DNA from: Actinomycetota bacterium
Lineage (GTDB): Bacteria > Actinomycetota > Actinomycetes > S36-B12 > UBA5976
Assembly: GCA_947452765.1 (NCBI GenBank)
Contig: CANGDR010000001.1
Location: 100,499-164,498 of the forward strand
Length of the DNA: 64,000 bases
Reading direction: 5' to 3'
Below, one piece after another: positions 58,097-64,000 of this stretch. The translations under genes were made by a program, and so were the position numbers. The notes beneath the pieces are model-generated. The model had not been told where the DNA came from. It did not search any database and saw only the letters and a program-made list of their open reading frames with translations. Within the stretch, counting starts at the first letter, position 1; every line of letters begins with the position of its first letter.

Positions 58097-58882
58097 ATGC
58101 GCTTAGGTTTTGTTGGTGTCGGAGCAATTTCGGAGGCGGTCATCGAGGCCCTACTGACCGGGCCAAATGCAGCTGACATAGAAGTTGTACTCTCACCCCG
58201 CAATGCCGAACGCAGCGCTAAATTGGCTGCTAAATATTCAAAAGCATCGATTGGATCAAGTAATCAAAACGTTCTGGACCAATCAGATGTTGTTTTTATG
58301 GGCGTTCTCCCTGGCCAAATGAACGACGTCTGCGCTGACTTGATGTTTCGCGCGGACCACACCGTAGTTAGCTTGATTGCAGGAATGCCTCCGTCAACTG
58401 TTGCGGGTATTGTCAGCCCAGCAACCGAAGTAGTGCAGATGATTCCGCTTCCAGTGATCGCAATGCATGCCGGACCCCTTGTGATTTGCCCAGGCAATAC
58501 AGCAATGGTGAAGTTATTTGAAGGCTGCGGCGAAATTGTTGTCCTTAATGATGAGGCACACATATTTATATTGAGTTGTACTTCGGCTGCGATGTCCACC
58601 TTCTTTGAATACCAAAACACTGTGATTAATTGGTCTGCAAGTGCTGGGCTTCCAAATGATATTGCGCACAAGTATGCGACCTCACTATTTAAGGGGCTTG
58701 CCACTGAGGCAATGGCAACACCATTCGCCCACCTTCCCGAAATGCCGCGTGAGCATGAAACTCCAGGCGGACTTAATGAACATATCCGAACGTCATTAAT
58801 TAAGGCGGGAATGTTCGATGAGGTCACAAAACAACTAGAACATATTTATGTGACTCGTAATCGCACTAAAAAGTCCGATTAA
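58097..58882 (+). CDS. pyrroline-5-carboxylate reductase-like NAD(P)-binding oxidoreductase
   Basis: 261 aa; Rossmann start LGFVGVGAISEA and C-terminal TPGGLNE motif resembling ProC. Confidence 0.6.
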   Translation: MRLGFVGVGAISEAVIEALLTGPNAADIEVVLSPRNAERSAKLAAKYSKASIGSSNQNVLDQSDVVFMGVLPGQMNDVCADLMFRADHTVVSLIAGMPPSTVAGIVSPATEVVQMIPLPVIAMHAGPLVICPGNTAMVKLFEGCGEIVVLNDEAHIFILSCTSAAMSTFFEYQNTVINWSASAGLPNDIAHKYATSLFKGLATEAMATPFAHLPEMPREHETPGGLNEHIRTSLIKAGMFDEVTKQLEHIYVTRNRTKKSD

Positions 58883-58891
58883 CTAAAGAAA

Positions 58892-59449
58892 CTATTTCTT
58901 GAGTGCAGCTATTCGAGCTTTAGCCATGTCTTGCAAAAGTTTTGCATCAACTTTCCAGTCAACTGGAACTCGAACTGTCTTGAGTTGAACTTCATAATCT
59001 TTTAGACGTGGTGCAAGGTCTTTAAGAATTTGTCGACCGTCGTGCGGCGCAATTAAAATATGATTCTTGAGAATGTTTACGCCAAAGATATAGTCATCCC
59101 CAAGTTTTAACATCGGCTGATTCCAAGCAATTACTTCTTCCATTTTTGGGTACTTGGTTTTGATTGCCTTAAAAATAGCTTTAACGGTCTTTTGTTTAGT
59201 CGCATCATGCAGCGCCAAATATTCCTTGACATTCGCGTATTTCTTTGTAGTTGTTGAACCGCGCGAGAACATAACAAGCGCATTTGCGTGAGCCTGACTA
59301 AAGCCATGATTTTCGCGCAAGAAAGCAATTTGTTCTGGATACTTACGATCCGAGATTTCCGCCATTTGATCGTGCCAATAGGACATGGGCTGTCCGTATT
59401 TCTTTTCGATAGCAGGGAAGTGGGATGCCCGGTCTGAACTAGTGGCCAT
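58892..59449 (-). CDS. DUF4287/DUF5655-like protein
   Basis: 185 aa; N-terminal FPAIEKKYGQPMSYW pattern recalled for DUF4287. Confidence 0.5.
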   Translation of the reverse strand: MATSSDRASHFPAIEKKYGQPMSYWHDQMAEISDRKYPEQIAFLRENHGFSQAHANALVMFSRGSTTTKKYANVKEYLALHDATKQKTVKAIFKAIKTKYPKMEEVIAWNQPMLKLGDDYIFGVNILKNHILIAPHDGRQILKDLAPRLKDYEVQLKTVRVPVDWKVDAKLLQDMAKARIAALKK

Positions 59450-59458
59450 GCGAAAAGT

Positions 59459-59896
59459 CTACTTTTGAGTCTGGCGAATTTCTAATGTGACGCCAGCCTC
59501 AGGTGTTTTGAAGTAAGTAAATCCAGATCCGTCAGTCCGGCGACCTTTCATCCAAACCGCCACACCATCTTCTGCTGCTTGCGCTTCTGCTGTGTCGGCA
59601 TCGTCAACCTCAAAGCCCAAGTGAAAAACTCCTTCACCGTGTGTCTCAAGAAAATCGGCTTGAGGTGTGCCGGCGCCTGGCTGGCATAGCTGAAGCTGAA
59701 TGTTGTCGGTGTTGCAGTAGCGGTACTTCATGCTGCGGAATCCTTCTGGCGAAGGCATTTCGAGTTCGGTGTAATCGGCAAGCGGCGGGTAGTCCAACCA
59801 TGGCCCGATACCGACTGATTCGTAATACGCCTCAGTTGCTGTTATGTCGCGAACCACGATGCAGACATGGTGCAGGCGATTGAAAATTTTCGACAT
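59459..59896 (-). CDS. VOC-family (glyoxalase/epimerase-fold) protein
   Basis: 145 aa; LHHVCIVVRD...HLGFEVDD paired beta-alpha-beta-beta-beta metal-ligand pattern. Confidence 0.75.
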   Translation of the reverse strand: MSKIFNRLHHVCIVVRDITATEAYYESVGIGPWLDYPPLADYTELEMPSPEGFRSMKYRYCNTDNIQLQLCQPGAGTPQADFLETHGEGVFHLGFEVDDADTAEAQAAEDGVAVWMKGRRTDGSGFTYFKTPEAGVTLEIRQTQK

Positions 59897-60009
59897 TGAG
59901 TTACCTTCGGTCTAGGTGGAGTTAATTCCAGCGTAGCCCTAGATTTGTATCAGGGGAGTCGAATAAGTCACGTTCGAATGCCCACGTGGAAACTATGTCA
60001 GGAGGCGTC

Positions 60010-61149
60010 ATGGCGAAACCAGATCGAGTCATTGTTATTGGCGCCGGCATTATTGGCGCCAGTTGTGCTTATCACCTGGCAGCACGTGGACAACAAGTAA
60101 CAGTGCTGGAAAAATTTGACGCACCAGCAGAAGGCAGCACGGGTCGATCGTTTGCTTCTGTTCGTGGACAGTGGAGTGATGAACTTAATATCACAATTTC
60201 CTGGGAGAGTATTCAGACGTTTCGCGACTTTGAGAAACTTTACAAAGTTGATGTTGGTTATCGGCCAACTGGATATATGTACCTAGTTCCAGAATCCGGC
60301 TGGGAAACTCAGCTTCAACATGTGGCATTTCAGCAAGACCATGGTGTGCCTGTGGATGCCATCAGCTTTGAAGACGCACAAAATAAGACCCCGTTTGTGC
60401 AAGACGGACTTGGTGGAGTTACCTGGGGAGCTGCTGATGGCGTGGTTGATCCCTACCTAGCAACGAACGCCTACATTTCGATGGCAAAGTCCTTGGGTGC
60501 TGTTTTTCATATGAAGACTGAAGTTCATGAGATAACTCGCACGGAAGCTGGCTGGTCCATTCGTGCTGGGGATTCGATTTATGAAGCTGACTACATCGTG
60601 AATTGTGCTGGCGGTTGGTCAAGTGAGACTGCGAAATTGGCCGGGTTTGATATTCCAGTCGAGCACTTTCGCCGGAATATTTATTCAACCGCTCCAAATA
60701 GCACCCCGGTTCATCCGATGACTATTGATTTGAATACTGGTTTCTTCTTGCGTAGTGAGGGGGAACGCCTTTTATTTGGATTAGCACGAGCTGATGAACC
60801 CGCTGGATACAACACATCAGTTGACTGGGATTGGATGGAAACTGTTATGGAAACTGGTGGCGAACGCTTCCCTTGGTTACTTGATACCCCACTCGATCCG
60901 ACTGGCGCTTGGGCTGGGACCTATGAGATCACTCCCGACCATTTTCCAATCTTGGGTGCCCTACCCGAAGAACCAACTTGGATCAACGCATGTGGCTTCT
61001 CTGGCCATGGTGTCATGCAGGCACCATATGTAGGGAAGTTGATTGCGGAAGAATTGTGTGACGGGAAATCACATAGCATCGATATCGAACCATTGCGGAT
61101 TAATCGACTTCGTGATGGCAACCTACGAAGCGAAACTATGGTGTTTTAA
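60010..61149 (+). CDS. FAD-dependent oxidoreductase (DAO/sarcosine-oxidase-beta-like)
   Basis: ~379 aa from the ATG at 60010 (GGAGG 4 nt upstream); VIVIGAGIIGAS dinucleotide motif; track ORF starts at 59986. Confidence 0.8.
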   Translation: MAKPDRVIVIGAGIIGASCAYHLAARGQQVTVLEKFDAPAEGSTGRSFASVRGQWSDELNITISWESIQTFRDFEKLYKVDVGYRPTGYMYLVPESGWETQLQHVAFQQDHGVPVDAISFEDAQNKTPFVQDGLGGVTWGAADGVVDPYLATNAYISMAKSLGAVFHMKTEVHEITRTEAGWSIRAGDSIYEADYIVNCAGGWSSETAKLAGFDIPVEHFRRNIYSTAPNSTPVHPMTIDLNTGFFLRSEGERLLFGLARADEPAGYNTSVDWDWMETVMETGGERFPWLLDTPLDPTGAWAGTYEITPDHFPILGALPEEPTWINACGFSGHGVMQAPYVGKLIAEELCDGKSHSIDIEPLRINRLRDGNLRSETMVF

Positions 61150-61892
61150 TGAGCGCATCGAAAATTGAATTAGTCGTTGACAGCGGCTTTGCTTGGATCA
61201 CACTGCGCGGTATCGACACCAAAAACTCGCTAGACGAGGAATCTGTAGTACAGATGCTTGCAGTTTGTGACCAGATTGATTCCGACCCAACTATCGGGGT
61301 AGCGGTTGTGACGGGTGAAGGCAATGCTTTCTGTTCCGGCGCACATACGAGTGTTTTAGCAGGGCTCCGTGGCCAATCTGAAGATTTAGTGCGCTCTGGA
61401 CTTGGCCGAATTTATGAAGCGTTCACACGCGTACTTGAACTCAAAGTTCCGACAGTTGCGATGATCAACGGATCTGCTGTTGGTGCTGGCGTGAACTTAG
61501 CAATGGTGTGCGACATTCGGGTAGCAGATCGGAACGCCGTCATTTCATCGGGATTTGCTCGCTTAGGAATTCATCCTGGCGGTGGACACATGAACTTGAT
61601 CGCTCGCGCAACAAATCAATCAGTGGCAGGTGCGCTGGGAGTATTTGCTCAGAAGATCGATGGCGTTCGCGCACAAGAAATTGGCCTGGTCTGGACTGCA
61701 GTAGAAAGTGATCAGCTAAAACCAACTGTTGTTGGAATGGCGCAACACCTAGCAAGTGATCCAGCTCTTGCACGTGAGTTGGTTCAAACTCTGCGAGACA
61801 CCGCAAACCCAAATGTTGCCTGGATCAATGCACTAGAAATAGAACGTGAGCGCCAAATGTGGACTTTCACGCGAAGCCAAACAGGAGACTAA
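61149..61892 (+). CDS. enoyl-CoA hydratase/isomerase (crotonase) family protein
   Basis: 247 aa; FCSGAH oxyanion-hole region and INGSAVGAG motif; 1-nt overlap with the upstream stop. Confidence 0.85.
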   Translation: MSASKIELVVDSGFAWITLRGIDTKNSLDEESVVQMLAVCDQIDSDPTIGVAVVTGEGNAFCSGAHTSVLAGLRGQSEDLVRSGLGRIYEAFTRVLELKVPTVAMINGSAVGAGVNLAMVCDIRVADRNAVISSGFARLGIHPGGGHMNLIARATNQSVAGALGVFAQKIDGVRAQEIGLVWTAVESDQLKPTVVGMAQHLASDPALARELVQTLRDTANPNVAWINALEIERERQMWTFTRSQTGD

Positions 61893-61896
61893 TTTC

Positions 61897-63045
61897 ATGT
61901 ACCCCTTGCTGAAAGTCGATGCTGCCCGCGCTGCGTGGATTGAAGTTACTTCAAAGACTCTGCATGAATTAGGCGATCGTCATCGAACCGCTCTAGTTGA
62001 AGCTTCGCAAGCCCTGGAATTTCCGCGCGCTATATATCAAGAGCTGGGCAGCCTCGGCTACCTTGGCCCACTAGTACCAACTGAGCTTGGCGGCTCTGGT
62101 TGGGGAGTGCCTGAATACGTAGTTATCAGCGAAGAAGTTGGTCGGCATGGTTTAGTTTCGGGGCAGATCGCGGTTCAGGGCCAGAAGTGGCTACTTGACT
62201 GGGGAACTGATGAACAAAAAGCGCAATGGCTAGGCCCAATTGCATCAGGCGAAAAAGTTTTTTCAGAATCAATCAGTGAACCAACCATGGGCTCTTCATT
62301 TAAAAACATGAAAGCTACGGCAACTCGTGATGGTGATGATTGGATTCTTAATGGCCACAAAACCCACGTGAACTTGGGCGCTGATAGTGAAGTAACTATC
62401 TTTTATGGGGTAACTCCAGATGGCATCACGAGTTTTCTAGTGGACACCTCATTTGCAGGAGTATCCACGAAGGTTACCGATGCGATTGGGCTCCGTCTTA
62501 TTAGAACGGCGGATGTAATTTTCGATAACGTTCGAGTTTCTGATGCATCGCGCATTGGCCCGGTTGGTGGCGGACTCGAAACTTTCTTGAGTACCTTTAA
62601 CATCAGCAGATTAGGAAATGCCTCCGAACTAATCGGCCTTGGTCGGCGGGCACTCGAGATAGCCATTAATTACGGAAACACTCGAATTGTGGGAACTACG
62701 CACGTCACCGAGTTTCAAGGCATCCAGTGGATGATGGCTGATGCCTGGACCTCACTTCAGTCCGCATCTCTTGCACGGGACCAGGCTGCACTTGCTCATG
62801 AACGAGGTGAAGATATTGCGCTTGCAACCACGCTTGCAAAACGACTTGCAATCACCGCCGCTGAATTGGCAATGGATATCGCATTTTCGATGACTGGTGG
62901 GGAAGGGCTTTATCACGAGTCTCCACTGCTTGAAATTTCTAATGATCTGCGCGTACTTAAAGTTGCAGGTGGCTCACAAGAAATCATGCGTAACTACATA
63001 GCGCGAAGTATTTTGAAGAGCACCGACCACGAGGGTCTGGCATGA
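61897..63045 (+). CDS. acyl-CoA dehydrogenase
   Basis: ~382 aa from the ATG at 61897 (AGGAG at 61883-61887); SEPTMGSS and GGSQEIMRN motifs. Confidence 0.88.
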   Translation: MYPLLKVDAARAAWIEVTSKTLHELGDRHRTALVEASQALEFPRAIYQELGSLGYLGPLVPTELGGSGWGVPEYVVISEEVGRHGLVSGQIAVQGQKWLLDWGTDEQKAQWLGPIASGEKVFSESISEPTMGSSFKNMKATATRDGDDWILNGHKTHVNLGADSEVTIFYGVTPDGITSFLVDTSFAGVSTKVTDAIGLRLIRTADVIFDNVRVSDASRIGPVGGGLETFLSTFNISRLGNASELIGLGRRALEIAINYGNTRIVGTTHVTEFQGIQWMMADAWTSLQSASLARDQAALAHERGEDIALATTLAKRLAITAAELAMDIAFSMTGGEGLYHESPLLEISNDLRVLKVAGGSQEIMRNYIARSILKSTDHEGLA

Positions 63046-64000
63046 CATCAATAGTTAAGAGATTTGTCGAAGAAAGCGAAAAGCGCCCATCACTTGGGTT
63101 GGGAACTGCGTCGGACTTCATCACTGTTTCGGAAGTCCTAGGTCGAGCAGCAACCGTTGCTCGAGAGTTGCAGTCTCAAGGAATACAGCCTGGCCAGAAA
63201 ATCGCAATGATCGACTCGTCCTCAACTGGTTATGTGGTTTCGTGGTTGGCGTGCCTGTTGGCCGGAACACCGGTGGCCCTGATAAACCCAACATATCCTG
63301 AAGAATTACTGCAAGAAATGCTCGCTAAATTTGAGCCAGCAGTGGTCTGGCGCAGTGAAGAGATTGCCCGGAACCGTCAGGCTGTCGTAAGTGAGATTGC
63401 TGGCCTACCTGGACTGGATTCACAGTCATTAGATGTGATTTCCTATATGCACACTTCAGGTACAACTGGGCTACCAAAGTTTTGCGCGCAAACGAATAAC
63501 TACTTTATAAAAATGGCGCGAGATATGGGCGCAGCGCTAGAACTATCTCCTGCCGACCGGGTATTAGCACCACTTCCGTTATTCCATATAAATCCAATGG
63601 GTTACGGATTGATCACTGCTATTTTGGCTGGCTGCGATGTGTTCAGTGTTGAAAAGTTTTCCGCGTCCGGGTTCTGGCCGGTCGTAAAAGAGAACAATAT
63701 TTCAGTTTTGATTCTGCATGCCCCGCCAGTTGAAATTCTTAAGCGCGCAACGACGACTGAAGATGCAGCTGGCCATTCAATTCGCACGATGTTTTACGCC
63801 AACCGAGACTTTATGGAGACTTTTAAGATTCCGGTTGCAGTATCTGGCTACGGCTCAACTGAAGCAGGCGGAATTTCCCACATGAAAAAGTGGACGAGTC
63901 CGATTGGGATGCCTGACAACGTTAGTCGTTATGGCGGTGAGAGCAGGCCAGAGATCGAATGGAAACTAAATGATGCTGGATACGTCATGGTGCGGGAAAC
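63042..64000 (+). CDS. AMP-dependent synthetase/ligase (acyl-CoA ligase), 3'-truncated by the window end
   Basis: My own translation from the ATG at 63042 (ATGA overlap with the ACAD stop): MTSIVKRFVEESEKRPS...; AMP-binding motif YMHTSGTTGLPKF; open to position 64000. Confidence 0.85.
   Translation, partial: MTSIVKRFVEESEKRPSLGLGTASDFITVSEVLGRAATVARELQSQGIQPGQKIAMIDSSSTGYVVSWLACLLAGTPVALINPTYPEELLQEMLAKFEPAVVWRSEEIARNRQAVVSEIAGLPGLDSQSLDVISYMHTSGTTGLPKFCAQTNNYFIKMARDMGAALELSPADRVLAPLPLFHINPMGYGLITAILAGCDVFSVEKFSASGFWPVVKENNISVLILHAPPVEILKRATTTEDAAGHSIRTMFYANRDFMETFKIPVAVSGYGSTEAGGISHMKKWTSPIGMPDNVSRYGGESRPEIEWKLNDAGYVMVRE

Noticed and set aside
58264-58827. 187-aa minus-strand ORF, and similar long antisense ORFs (e.g. 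3666-4166, 42110-42559, 34876-35313, 7601-8026)
   Set aside because: All lie antisense or out of frame within strongly supported genes. They have Ser/Pro/Arg/Thr-rich low-complexity translations and no motifs, which is the typical shadow-ORF pattern.

Overview
The window reads as a densely packed chromosomal segment of a genome-streamlined, moderately low-GC actinobacterium. A freshwater acI/Nanopelagicales-like organism is my inference. It rests on an actinorhodopsin gene plus classic actinobacterial synteny blocks: acpS-alr-tsaE-tsaB-rimI-tsaD, prfB-ftsE-ftsX-smpB...ssrA, clpS-DUF2017, mec/cysM/cysO and DUF3039. I call about 70 protein genes, one tmRNA, one tRNA-Leu(UAG), several clear rho-independent terminators and a few palindromic candidate operators. 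I saw no rRNA, CRISPR array, transposase, integrase or phage genes. Accessory-looking content is as follows. (1) A minimal 7-gene Tad/Flp pilus locus. (2) An ~8.4 kb amine-catabolism block (GlnA4-like gamma-glutamylation genes plus agmatinase) lying between smpB and ssrA. (3) A hairpin-dense spacer after ssrA carrying a 12-nt copy of the tmRNA 3' end. (4) A single-ORF fusion of an APC-type permease with a complete flavin-containing monooxygenase; this is my top candidate for something undescribed. (5) An orphan catabolic supercluster at the 3' end (DUF1185, alpha/beta hydrolase, luciferase-like monooxygenase, ALDH, plus an FAD oxidoreductase, crotonase, ACAD and CoA-ligase operon). All calls come from reading the supplied translations and the DNA by eye. 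No database search, HMM, folding or statistics were run, and function calls are motif- and synteny-based. Start codons are often uncertain by a few codons.
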